Assembly: GCA_040285825.1 (NCBI GenBank)
Contig: JAUPSS010000009.1
Coordinates: 806,001-870,000 of the forward strand
Origin: Eukaryota sp. TZLM1-RC
Taxonomy: Eukaryota; Protista; Metamonada: BaSk clade
Length of the DNA stretch: 64,000 bases
Reading direction: 5' to 3'
In this document: positions 38,353 through 49,844 of the stretch, in pieces
Numbering within the stretch: the first letter of the stretch is position 1
Layout of the letters: each line of letters starts with the position of its first letter
Position numbers and translations under genes: made by a program
Notes under the pieces: model-generated
Told to the model about the DNA's origin: nothing
Database searches by the model: none
Seen by the model: only the letters and a program-made list of their open reading frames with translations

Positions 38353-38749
38353 ATGGAGTCTGTGGAATCAGTATGTTTCTCTCCCTTACAATGATTATCT
38401 GATGAAAACAACAGACCTGTTCACAGTCTTTAGACAGTGATGAATCATTGCCTCTGATCCTCTCTTTTATGAGCTACTTACTCTAGTATGTGCTTTCACT
38501 AATCGAACGTTGTTTCGCACCATCAGTTGTATTGGTAATAAATACTATTTTGCTTTTACTTTTCTCAAAAACTTGATGACGATTGCTATGGTCTTCACAG
38601 TTGAATACAAACCGTGTTACACATCTCCGCAATCTTCATTTTGTTCAGCAATGTATCTTTCCATTTTGGTCTTACGGTTTGTTATGGCGTACCCCAGTGA
38701 TTCCAACTATCAGAACATGATCTTAGTGAGCCAAAATCGGCTAGTGTAA
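38353..38749 (+). CDS. Small hypothetical intron-containing protein
   Basis: ATG 38353 and two GTATGT...CAG introns (44 and 41 nt) give a continuous frame into ORF 38510-38749; no homology recognised. Confidence 0.3.
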
Positions 38750-38891
38750 GTTCTTGCAGTTGACCATGTTAAAACCTGTGATTATATAATTATTCATGGC
38801 AGCTGCAGAAAGAATTGTTGACACCCGACACCTCATCAACAAACTTGACATAAAACACAGATTTTATAAGGCAAAAAATTCAGAAACCTAG

Positions 38892-41394
38892 TCAAGATAA
38901 TTTATCATAAGCAGTGAGTAATTTTGAAACTGACAAGTTCCACGTACAACGCTTAGCTTCTCTTCGAATCTTTTTGATGTATTGCTTACGTTTTGTGAAA
39001 TTCTTCAATAATTGCTCCACTTCATTTACCCATTTCTCAATATCCGATGGATCTAAAGAAATAGCGGATTCTAAAACTTCCTTTACACCGGAGTTTCGAC
39101 TAATTAGAACTGGAGTTCCCAAAATTGCGGATTCAAGCGCCACTAGACCAAATGGTTCGGAAACAGAAGGCATTAGACAACAATCTGCCATTTTGAAAGC
39201 ATTCGTGGTATCTTCTCTTGATAAAAACCCTAAAAGATGAAAAGAATGACTAATTTCCAATTTTGCCAATCGTTCTTTTATCCAAGCCATCAAATGACCA
39301 TCCCCAACCAGAACAAAGCATAGGTTGTTCCCTTTTCGTAGTAAAGAATGTCCTATATCAACAAAATGCTGAAGCTGTGATGAAATTATAACAACAACAT
39401 ACTCCCTTTTGATCAGAAAATCTTCCAACAAACAGAACCACTCTCTTGTCCTTTGGGATCTTGTACTTTGATTTGAATTCAGCACTGTTATCAATATTGG
39501 TTTGATTTTTTGGAATATTTACCCCATTGTGCACAACAACAATCTTATCTCTTGCTACAGTGTTATGCTGTTTGACAATGTTATCCTTGGTATAGTTGGA
39601 TACACAAACAATCAAATCTGATTGTTGAATACCCCGGGATTCTATATCACTAATTTGGGTTATTGGAAAATCAGGATTACGATCAGATTCAAGCGAATGA
39701 AGGTGGAATACCAAAGGTTTTCCTGTTTTCCTCTTAATTGCAGCTCCTAAATCCACTGTTAACCAATCTGATACATGAATCACATCGAAATCTTCACTAC
39801 TGCAGTCATTTACGAGATTCTGATCAATATTCATGATATACGGCATATGGGGATGAAACAGCTGATGTTGAAAAGCAGTTGGATAAGTAGACATGTAAGA
39901 GACAGGAGCAACATACTGGTAGGGGGAATAGGATGTGTACGTTGACATGAAAGCTTGTGGCATAAATACTGAAGAGACGGGACGTATTACTTCATCTATT
40001 AGATCTCTACTTCCTTGACTATCTGGAATAACAAGGCGAAGATTAGCAGATTCACTGAGATGTTGACTTATATGAAAAGAAGCCTCGCCAAGACCTCCCT
40101 GGGGTGACAATTCCAAACGACATCACATACATTGATTTGCTACAATGAGATGAAAAAGGAGAAACATACTGGGGGAAATTCTGGTGTTATGTACAAAACA
40201 GTAGTACTAGACTTTGTTTTACAACAGGGCGATTGACGGGGCAAAGAGGAGAGCGTAGGGACCATTGGAGTGACATACTTCATGAGCTTAAACGTGCTAA
40301 ACTTGGTAATAACTCTTAAAACCTCTTGGTCTTCTACATTCTCGAATGGTTGGATCAGCACAGATTGCCAATGGTGGGGATGAACTTGTTCAACTGGGAT
40401 GGAACTTAAAGCACTGTCAAGCTCTTTAGCATTCCATCCCTTTGAGTGAAAGGATTCTGACAGTGAGGAAACAAGCCATGTGCATATTTCAGAATCATTC
40501 AGTAAATCAGATACCAAGAGTTTTTGGAAACCTTGGGGAGCAACTCTGATTGGATCACATGTCGAGTCCACCGATTCTTCAAGGAGGGGTGCGACCATAG
40601 TGATAGTTTCATAATCACACACCAAATCACTGCGAGAAACAAGGGATAGTAGAAACTCTGCATCTGATGAAGAGGAGAGAATGTAATCTTTACATTTCAA
40701 CACCAATGCTTCAACCTCGAAATACCGGGCTAATGAAAAGAACTCGTAAACATTCTTGTGAGTAACCTTGAATGATTGGCCGTAAAGGATGTTTATAAAC
40801 TTGCTAAACAGTGTATCAGAGATGAGAGATTCGAAAAATGTTACATTCGAACCGGAGTTTTCAGTAAGAGGAACATCAATACTACACCGTTGCTGCCCAG
40901 AACAAGAGGAGAAAAGTCGTCTTAAAGTACCACTGGAGAGAACCAATACAGCTTTATGTACAGGAAAAGTTGTTCCATCATAGACCAAGTCACAATCAGT
41001 AAAAGAGTTATCGGTAGAGAGCAGTTTCAATAAGATGTGTGGATTGATACAGTGGCCCTTGTCAGTTTGAACGATTGGTAATGAATTGCTTCTGTTTGAA
41101 GCTTCAGTTGATTCATCAGGTTGAGCACTAGGTAGATAAGCAAACTCTCCGGAAGACCAAAACTCATCGAGTAGATCTGATGAGTTGCGTTGTCGGTTTT
41201 CTCCATCCTCCCAATGTTCCTGATCGGGAAAGAACCACGTATTTGTATTCGACTTGCTGGAGATCTGTCTTTATGGATCCTTCCCAAGCACCCTCTGTGT
41301 AAGTCAGAAGAAGTGGATCCTGCCATTGGTTCCAAGAACCCTTCACAGAAACTTGATCACCATACTTGGTGTTCACGAATATGCGAAAGTACAT
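38892..41394 (-). CDS. CBM20 - BTB/POZ - GT4 (glycogen-synthase-like) glycosyltransferase fusion
   Basis: CBM20 (TKYGDQVSVKGSW..W...EYKYVV...WEDGENR) runs in frame from WEDGENR into the BTB (DCDLVYDGTTFPVHKAVL). GT4 motifs EFPP|QIN|GGLG, HVSDW, HLHSLE, FVGRFSDQKG, PSVSEPFGLVALE. Introns at 40140-40169, 40099-40130 and 39375-39402. One unresolved frame break near 41230. Confidence 0.8.
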
Positions 41395-41589
41395 GATAGA
41401 GAAAATGATGACATTGAAGAAATGTATATCTGAAAAATTCCTGACAAATGTCTTGTCATACAAATTTTGTTTTCAAGATTTTTAGATGAAAGAATTGACC
41501 TTTTTATCTAAATGGCCAGCACCGTTTGAGCTTTGTCTTGTTAATTGGTAATTTATTTATTGAACATGAACATCTGACAAAAGAACTGA

Positions 41590-42732
41590 TGTCTAATGGG
41601 ACGAAATTCATTGAACCAAGATTTCCTCTTCAAAATCTTGATCTGCTTGATGTCTAGCTAAAATTTCTCCAATTCGATTGCAAAACAAAGAAAATCTGTT
41701 AATAATGGAAAATTGAATTCGCGTGCGCCAATAAAAATTATCAAATCTGTTCATTGTTTTTTCTTGAACCATTTTTTGGGAAACCATTCAAAAAGGTTCA
41801 TGTTTCAACTGATAATTTTCCGGTTGTAGTAAATGGAAAAGCAATAAAAACAAGTGGTCTATTTCTATCAGCATTAGCTTCTTCAATTGCTTTGTCATAT
41901 TTTCTATGTTTTTGTTTAGCTTTAAATTCAAAACATTGATTCATAACTCATTCATTTCTCGGTCTTTCTCTCTTATTCTGAGTGGAAGTATCAAGTGGAC
42001 AATGGGGATGAAGTTGCTTATCCACTGTTTTGAACAAAAACTTTCATCAAAAATACAAAAAGGATTAAGTCCTCTTCTTTGAACCAAAGTGTCATTTGCA
42101 ACATTACAGGAGACAATGTCGACAACAGCTTCAGAATTCTCAATCCAGTCACAGTTTACATCACCTCTATCATCAGACCCAAAATTATTCAATGACACTG
42201 TTTTTTTCAGCAGAGGCTCTCTGATACACGAGATTTTTGCAGTTCGTGCCATATTGAACACAGTGCCTCAAACAGCATCATGTAATGAAGAACGATATGT
42301 TATCAATTTGAAACAATTCAGAGCATGACGAAAAGTGAGTTGAGGTGAATTCGTACAAATACATTTTTCTGTTAATAATAATTAATTAAAGGAAATATTC
42401 AAATATAATCTCATTTTTGTTACAAAGGCTTCATTAGTGGCACACAATTCAAATCTTCATGGCACAATGGTCACAAACAATGGAGAATCTGATGACTGGT
42501 TTTCACAAACACCTTTTTCCAATAACAATGAGTCAAGATCTTGATTAAAAGCAGCCAAGCTGCAAATATTCTTATAAAGATCATTTTCATACATTCCGGG
42601 CAATCATTTCTATAATATTCGAACAGTGTATTTTAAATTTAGGTAATTTTTTTCTGGAATATTGCCATTGAATGATTGGAGAAAGCGTCGACTCCATTTT
42701 TCTGCATCATTTTTTGAAATTTCTTCATTTCA
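41590..42732 (-). mobile_element. Decayed RLE non-LTR family A copy with an internal insert of about 115 bp
   Basis: MARTAKISCIREPLLKKTVSLNNFGSDDRGDV; colinear with about 17460-18470. Confidence 0.88.
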
Positions 42733-43179
42733 ATTGTCAATTAAAAAATACAAAAAATGTTCGACCAGATCTCTAGATAAAAGAATTAGCTTTTATCTAA
42801 ATTGTTTGCACGGTTTGCGTTATGGATGATTGCTCTTATGGTTGGGTGATAATATGAGCTGATTATTGTCAACACATATACAGCAATTATATTATAACAA
42901 ATCCAAACCCAGTATCTTCAAGTATCTTTCCATTAATTCGACAGAAATAAGGAATTATAAAGATAGATTCAACAGGAGTGTTTTTTGACGGTTCATTTAA
43001 AACTGAATTTTTGATGACCATTTCCGAAATTTTACACATAAAAATTTACACTAACATGTAATGTGGTACTGTGTACCGTGGTTTTTAAGACTGAGCTCTA
43101 ACATAATACAACAGAAGAGTTTATAACACAAATGAAAACTCAATGATTGATGAAGTCATTCAGGTAGATTTGAATAACT

Positions 43180-43370
43180 TGGCAAAGTGATCAGCCAATA
43201 TTCTGTTAGAACCAGACTCATCCACCTCTTCGTATTTCTTGCACTTGGAGTCGGGATTAAAACGATCATCATCTTCGGTCAAAGATCTCAAAGAATGAGG
43301 AATAATAGCATTTAGACAAACTTGTGGTCCGCAAAAACCATGACATCTTTGACGTAATCTTCAACTAAGT
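43180..43370 (-). pseudogene. Diverged remnant of an ependymin-like repeat paralog
   Basis: VFADHK|SLTEDDDRFNPDSKC, with a 35-nt GTTTG..AG intron (43287-43321) at the same position as in 123-2143. Confidence 0.5.
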
Positions 43371-43632
43371 TTAAAAATTTGTTGTACGCCCAGTTTGTGA
43401 TAGTCTTTAAAAAGCAAGAAAAAGAATGTTTTTTAATGTCAAGGATGGTGATCCGAGGTGAATCCGAAAATCCAAACAAATACACTAATTTTGTTATAAT
43501 TTCGTTAGGTAGACTGCCAGTTTCACTTGAAATGTATCAGCCGAATGATATCAATTTCACAATCAATTGAACTCATAAGAAGTGACCATAATTGTTTCAA
43601 CAATATTTGAACCATTTTATTAGATAATACAG

Positions 43633-44179
43633 CGGTGTTCTGTGGCGCGGTACTTTTTGCCGTCGCACCATTTTTGGTGCGTCCGGGTGCGAACCGCACC
43701 ATGATCCGGTGCGATACTCCACAAAAAACACCACATTTATTGAACCAGTGTTTGACATCAATTTGATTGACTACAAATTACTACTGACATTCCCATTATT
43801 ACTCTCAGTGAGAGTAATTGTGAAGTGAGACTAAATGTCAACTGAGACTAATTAGGGTTGAGGGTGTAGTTATATTTTAGTGACAGAGGGTTTGATGCCT
43901 TTACATTTGTTTATATTTTATGGGATAAATTTAGAAAACTTGATGTTTCTTTAGAACTCTGAGGTCACAAGGTTGTATACTGAAGTATACATATATAAAT
44001 AAAAATCGTAGTCATATTAATATATTTACTTGTAAACCTATTGTACATTCTTGTTCAAAAAGGTATGTGTATAGCTCACGTAAGTTGTGTGTGTCATTAG
44101 GTGCGCACCGACTGAGAAATTTGTCAAACCGGTCGCACCCACGAACTCACCAGTCACACCATCGCACCACAGAATATTG
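43633..44179. mobile_element. hAT-type MITE, about 547 bp
   Basis: Imperfect TIRs CGGTGTTCTGTGGCGCGGT / ATCGCACCACAGAATATTG (14/19), many GGTGCG/CGCACC subterminal repeats, no matching TSD. Confidence 0.7.
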
Positions 44180-44644
44180 ATATGAACATTGTGAACTCTG
44201 CCTTTAGCTTTGACTTTACAAACATAAAAGACGATGGTACCGTTTTCTATCGTGGAAAACACAGATACTATCGCCCTTATGGATGGAACAGAATTGCATT
44301 GAAAGTGAAGGACAAGTTCAATGATAATAACGAATGGCTAGGTACCCAGGGACTACGAACAAAGTCCAACGCCAATGAATGGCCAGTTTCGTACCATGGT
44401 ACCGCAAACAACAGCGCTAACAGCATCGCAAATGATGGTTTTGATCTCTCAAAGAAAAAGAGGTTTCTACTTGGTCGTAATATGTTATCATTTTGTTGCT
44501 CATCCAAGGTATTTACACTACTCCCGACATTGAAGTTGCAGCAATTTATGCACCTACATATGAAGCTGATGGTCGACGCTTCAAGGTTGTATTGCAAAAT
44601 AGAGTCAACCCGACTTCTGACAAATTGGTCATCAAGAAGGTATA
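44180..44644 (+). pseudogene. Third, truncated ART copy lacking the ubiquitin domain
   Basis: MNIVNSAFSFDF...YHGT...; starts at the MITE end; damaged intron donor and a 3' deletion. Confidence 0.85.
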
Positions 44645-45104
44645 GATCATGTTGATATGTTAGGTTGTACTTACAATAAAATTAGCCATGTTGGACCTAA
44701 TGCATCTCAGAAACACAAGTAGGAATTTAATCTAATGATCACGTGATACTCTCCTGATCGAATAACTGACATTTGTTGCCCAAACACGTGGGGGTTGAGG
44801 CAAATTTGTTTTAATTTTATATTAATTTAGATAAGTGTAAGGGCGTGAGAACATTTGGATTAGACTATTTGCTATCCGAATTGAATGCACTGATGCTTTT
44901 GATTTTGTTTTGTCAATAATGTGTGTTCAGATAATGAATCTATGGTTGACTTATATGTTCAAGTCGAGCTTCATAAATTTTTGTAAAGATTATTTCAATT
45001 CATTCTAGTCAGTCGTATATATATATATATAAATTAATAGTCATAAGAACAATTGGTAAGCAATACAGCACGTCCATTTAAAAGTAAATTTACAATTTAA
45101 ATTG

Positions 45105-45960
45105 ATGTATACTGTGATTAAATTGATAACTCTGAAGCTGTTGTTGACTTTGTCTCCTGTACTGTTGCAAATGACTTTGATTCAAAGAAAAAAACCTAAT
45201 CCTGTAAGTCCACTTGAATTTAAGGCCAAAGAAAAACATGGAAAATATGACAAAGATATCGAAAGAAGCTAATGCTGATAGAAATAGACCACTTGTTTTT
45301 ATTGCTTTCCCATTTTCGATAAACGGAAAACTATCCGTAGAAGCAAGCAATTTTTTGAATGATTTCTAAACAACGCTTCAAGAAAAAACAATGAAAAGAT
45401 TTGATATCTTTTTATGTCGCTCTGGGATTCAATTTGCCATTATTCATAGATAAGCTTGGTTTTTCCATTGAAGTAGAGAAACTTTAGCTAGACATCAAGC
45501 AGATCAAGATTTTGTAGAGGAAATTTTAATTTTGCAAATGACACTTTGGCTCACAGAAGAAAACATAATCCTGTATGTGCTCTCGAATTTAAAGCTAAAG
45601 GAAAACATAGAAAATATGACAGAGATATCGAAGAGGCAAATGCTGGTAGAAATACACCACTAGTTTTTATTGCTTTCCCATTTTCAATAAACGGAAGAGT
45701 ACCAGTAGAAGCAGAAACATTTTTGAATGACTTCCAAAAAATGGTTCACGAAAAAACAATCAAAAGGTTTGATATTTTTTATGGCGTTCACGGATTCAAT
45801 TTGCCATTATTAATAGATTACCTTGGTTTTTCAATCGAATTAGAGAAGCTTTAACTAGACAGCAAGCAGATCAAAATTTTGTAGAGGAAATCTTGGTTCA
45901 ATGATTTTCGTTCCATTAGTTATAAATTAATTTTATAAAGTGTGCATGTTCAATAAATAT
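45105..45960 (+). mobile_element. Two tandem 3' fragments of RLE family A
   Basis: The RLE C-terminus occurs twice (about 45105-45530 and 45530-45960); the second copy has the 3' UTR. Confidence 0.85.
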
Positions 45961-46440
45961 TTTTATTTATTTTATTTATTTTATTTTTGCATGTATACTA
46001 TATTTATGTTTTTTATGTTTTTTATATTAATTATTTTATGATTCTTTTACTTACAATAAATGTGAGTACCAACAAATTAATAACAAATTCTACAATGTTT
46101 TCAACAATTGCCCAAATTAATCAAATTCATTATGAACGATTATTGTAGGTTTTTAATTAACACCTCTAAAAAAATTGCATAAAAAAATTGTAATCATTGC
46201 AGAACTTTTACAGTATTACAAAAGTAAACTGCATACTGAAATCTCCTACAAAACAATTAAAAACAAAGCTTTTATTTGCACAAAGTCTGTAAATCAATCT
46301 CAAATGAAAATATTGCTCCTGAACTAACAAATATCTTGAGCAGTAACTAATACAACAAAACAAAAGATGGTGTTCATACACTATTCAAAAGTTCAGAACT
46401 CTCTTAAAAATCAAATAGAAAAAGAAAAAACTTCACCATT

Positions 46441-47823
46441 CTACACCATTTCTTTAATTTTTTGTGCCTTCTTTGAATTTCCCAAGCTTAGTTCAACATC
46501 AGCCCAGAAACTAATAACCATTTGGTCAACCCTATGAGACAAGGCTAATTCCATCAACTGCCTAAACTTTTCTAATTGCTTATGACGCACGTAAAATAAC
46601 CCAAATGATTTCAGCAGATAAGGAACACTGACTTTGGATAAAGGGACTGATTCAATGGCTTTATTGTAAATCTTTTGGGCAGAAATTGCATCGTTTAGTT
46701 TTAATTCAAGAAAATTTGCGTAATAAATCCAAATGAATAGATATCGTTGGTAACATGGTGACTCAAAATTTGGTGGTTTCGTTAGCAAATTTTCAAATAA
46801 ATCAACAATTGAAGTATGATCCCCTATTTCTTGCTCAATCAAAATCCAATCAAAAATAGCGTCATAATCGTAAGGATTTGATTGGTATTTTGATTGGCAA
46901 TAAAACCTCTTTGCTAGCATACACACGTAATCAACATCGTCACTTCTACCAAACTTCCGTTCAAATGCCACCCATTTTCTTCCAATTTTTTGTTTCTTCT
47001 CCAGAGAAACATTGTCTAAAGCAAATTTATAGATACTTCTGGCTTCAGTGTAATTACCCAAATCAGTTTCCAAACCAGCTAATTCCCAGAAAATTGCCAC
47101 GTCATCAAGTGCTTTGCTGACGTCATCCTCAATGCCAGCTTTTGCCAGCAAAGCAGCTCGTTTTGTATCATTCATTTTGAACTTTTCAAACGAAATAGCA
47201 TCCCTATAAGAGGTCAAATTACGACGCTCATTAATCATACGGTCAAGCACTTTCCGCGCATTGCTGACGTCACCACACGTCATCTCAAACTCAGCATACA
47301 TCAACCAAGCTGAATTTGGAGGATGCCATGACATCCAAGATTCAAAAACACCCCTTCTCTGCTCCAAGTCCACTTTTGCTCTCCTTAGAACATCCACATA
47401 CACGATCCAAAGCTTGTCAACACGAGGCAAGGTTCTCGTAGCTCTTTCAAAAACCTTCACGGATGCATCCAGTTGTCCAGCTTTGAGCTCCAATTCCGCA
47501 TAGACAAGCCACAGTTTGGGTTCAGTGTAGAGAGATATAAGAGATCGTTCCATCACACTGCGCATTCTACGTAGATCTTGCATGGAGAGCTCCCACGAAG
47601 CATACTCTATCCATCCACGAATTTTGTTTGGAGAACGTCCTACAGTTTCTTCAAATTCTCTACGTCTACGTACAAGATAATCAGCGAGATCTACTTCATC
47701 GGTTATTTCTTCACGAGCAGGGCGAAAGTATATATCAGCCTGACGTTCAAAGGCTTCCAAAAGAATTTGCTCGGCTGTTATCTGGATAGGTGCTATAGAT
47801 TTGTCCATTGTTTCTTTGGACAT
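46441..47823 (-). CDS. CLF1: Crooked-neck/Clf1/Syf3 HAT-repeat pre-mRNA splicing factor
   Basis: APIQITAEQIL, RRREFE, W..YA.WE, LPRVDKLW, NPYDYD motifs; intact 460-aa ORF. Confidence 0.92.
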   Translation of the reverse strand: MSKETMDKSIAPIQITAEQILLEAFERQADIYFRPAREEITDEVDLADYLVRRRREFEETVGRSPNKIRGWIEYASWELSMQDLRRMRSVMERSLISLYTEPKLWLVYAELELKAGQLDASVKVFERATRTLPRVDKLWIVYVDVLRRAKVDLEQRRGVFESWMSWHPPNSAWLMYAEFEMTCGDVSNARKVLDRMINERRNLTSYRDAISFEKFKMNDTKRAALLAKAGIEDDVSKALDDVAIFWELAGLETDLGNYTEARSIYKFALDNVSLEKKQKIGRKWVAFERKFGRSDDVDYVCMLAKRFYCQSKYQSNPYDYDAIFDWILIEQEIGDHTSIVDLFENLLTKPPNFESPCYQRYLFIWIYYANFLELKLNDAISAQKIYNKAIESVPLSKVSVPYLLKSFGLFYVRHKQLEKFRQLMELALSHRVDQMVISFWADVELSLGNSKKAQKIKEMV

Positions 47824-47959
47824 TGAAAAAAAGAGAAAGTATGGAGATATGTCCTAATTGAGTCTTGATAGTTCAAAGTGTACAAAAGAATGGGCAGTTT
47901 AATGGAATTATCAACACAACCATTAAACATCATCGACATCACCACAACTTATCACATCT

Positions 47960-48323
47960 ATGGAACGTCGTCGAACAGCTCCTTATGAACCTGCTAATGA
48001 CGTTTGTCACAGCTTCTGTCTATATTAATTCCAGTATCTTGTCTCTGAACTCGAATCCGCAACTTCACAATTACGAGATGTTGTTTACAATCTTGGTGAA
48101 GAACTAGACAGAAACCGTCTAGTTCAGGATGAACTAGTATGCTTTCCTTTATCTCTCTCACCATCAGCAAGCTTCATCCCACACAGCTTTTGATTCCATC
48201 AGGCTAGGTATACAAGGACTGAAGACGTTGACTACAAGAATGTCAGGAAAACACTGGTCGCTTGTGTGGATGTTTATTCTTTTCTTGTTTGCCTTCTTTT
48301 ATTTCCGTAGCAAACTTCGGTAG
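47960..48323 (+). CDS. BET1: Bet1-like Qc-SNARE, tail-anchored, 99 aa; introns at 48002-48034 and 48137-48167
   Basis: Spliced product MERRRTAPYEPANDYLVSELESATSQLRDVVYNLGEELDRNRLVQDELQASSHTAFDSIRLGIQGLKTLTTRMSGKHWSLVWMFILFLFAFFYFRSKLR has a SNARE heptad and a C-terminal TM. Confidence 0.75.
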
Positions 48324-48324
48324 A

Positions 48325-48348
48325 TTAGAGTTAGGGTTAGGGTTAGGG
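48325..48348 (+). repeat. Interstitial telomere-like repeat TTAGAG(TTAGGG)3
   Basis: Read directly, one base after the SNARE stop codon. Confidence 0.85.
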
Positions 48349-48760
48349 TGACGTTTTGGTACTTGTGTATAGTCGTGTTTTTGTAAATGTTTCAGTCTTT
48401 TTCGCTATTTGTAGGTATTTTTGTTTTATTCTAGTGACTTCTTTTGTAGTCTTTATCAGTTGAATTAAAGAAATTGTTTAAAAATGATGCTCATTGTTTG
48501 CAACATCACTAATAGAAACCAATTTTACAATATTTCATTAGTTTTGTTATGTCAAAGATTGAATGATTTTGATCTAAATTCAAACTTAATGAAAAAACAA
48601 ATCAAATTATGTGGATTTGCACCAGTTTCTTTTCCTTGACATTTGTTGTGCTGACGTCAGCAAAAACAGTAGTGAAAATTACACTAATGTTTTGACAAAG
48701 CTGAACAAATGAAAAAACAAGAGCTTTACTGAAAAATGAAAATAAATTAATTAAATAATA

Positions 48761-49816
48761 CTAAATCTTCCAATTAAATACTTTGGCGTAAATTACAAAC
48801 GCTGGAACCATCAAAAAATGCGTTGATATAAATAAATTACTAATGACAGTCACTCCTTTCTGATACTTTTTAGAAATACCAAAACAAGCAATAGAAAGTG
48901 GATTAGTTACTGAAAATAAAGCAAAAGAGTATACTGTTTTTGGTAGAGTGAATACATACTTTGCCAATACAACCATAAGCAAAGGTGCCCCTACAAATCT
49001 CAGAACAAAGCAATACAAAAGCCACCAAATAGATTCTGGGTTATAATTATATTCATCCTTATTACCAACAACGTCTATTTCTAGTAGATAGGTCTGCTCG
49101 TTTGTTTTTGGCTCACTCTTTACTCTTGTTTGGACAAAAAAAGACATTCCAATTACAAATAGTAACCCACCAGAAACACTGGGGGCAAAGTTATCGAAGA
49201 TAAGCTGGACTGGTTCCAATTGTATCCATTCAATTGGAATAGTGGCTTTAAAAATAATTCCTGAAATAAATTGATTAATATGAAAAATACCTAAAATAAC
49301 AGAGAGAATTATGGGATTTGTAGAAAGAGTTTTTATATCAAACTTATCTGACATTACAATAACAGCTGCTGGTAACAAAGTGACGCAGTCAAGAGAACAA
49401 GACACTGTGAGGTAATCAAGAGCTTCCTCTCCAAACATGACCAATGCCATTGGAAAGCCAATAACGACAGTGTTGGTATAGACTAAGGAGCTGAACGTCA
49501 TGTAAGAGATGACTTTGGGACACACTGGTTGAGATTTGGTTTTACGACGGCTTATCAGAGGACCTAAGATGAACGCAATGATGAGACTAAGAATTCTGTG
49601 AAGAACGCTGACATAGACATAGTCCATGTTCATAGTGCCTAGTTGAAGCCCGGTAATGAGCTTCATCAGCAACATCGGAAAGCATATTAGGACAAGAAAG
49701 TTATTGACAGGTTGAACACTATTGTTTTGAAGAATTTTAAGTTGTAGACATAGATACCCAAGAATCATTGTCACAAGACAAGGTGTTGCTGCCAGTAAGA
49801 TCTGTGTAAAGGACAT
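48761..49816 (-). CDS. Auxin-efflux-carrier (AEC/PIN-like, Mem_trans) family transporter
   Basis: About 10 hydrophobic segments; VNNFLVLICFPMLL, NTVVIGFPM, TNPII, GLLFVIG, LRFVGAPL. Confidence 0.85.
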   Translation of the reverse strand: MSFTQILLAATPCLVTMILGYLCLQLKILQNNSVQPVNNFLVLICFPMLLMKLITGLQLGTMNMDYVYVSVLHRILSLIIAFILGPLISRRKTKSQPVCPKVISYMTFSSLVYTNTVVIGFPMALVMFGEEALDYLTVSCSLDCVTLLPAAVIVMSDKFDIKTLSTNPIILSVILGIFHINQFISGIIFKATIPIEWIQLEPVQLIFDNFAPSVSGGLLFVIGMSFFVQTRVKSEPKTNEQTYLLEIDVVGNKDEYNYNPESIWWLLYCFVLRFVGAPLLMVVLAKYVFTLPKTVYSFALFSVTNPLSIACFGISKKYQKGVTVISNLFISTHFLMVPAFVIYAKVFNWKI

Positions 49817-49844
49817 GTGCTGATATTGTGAATGGAAGAGAAGA

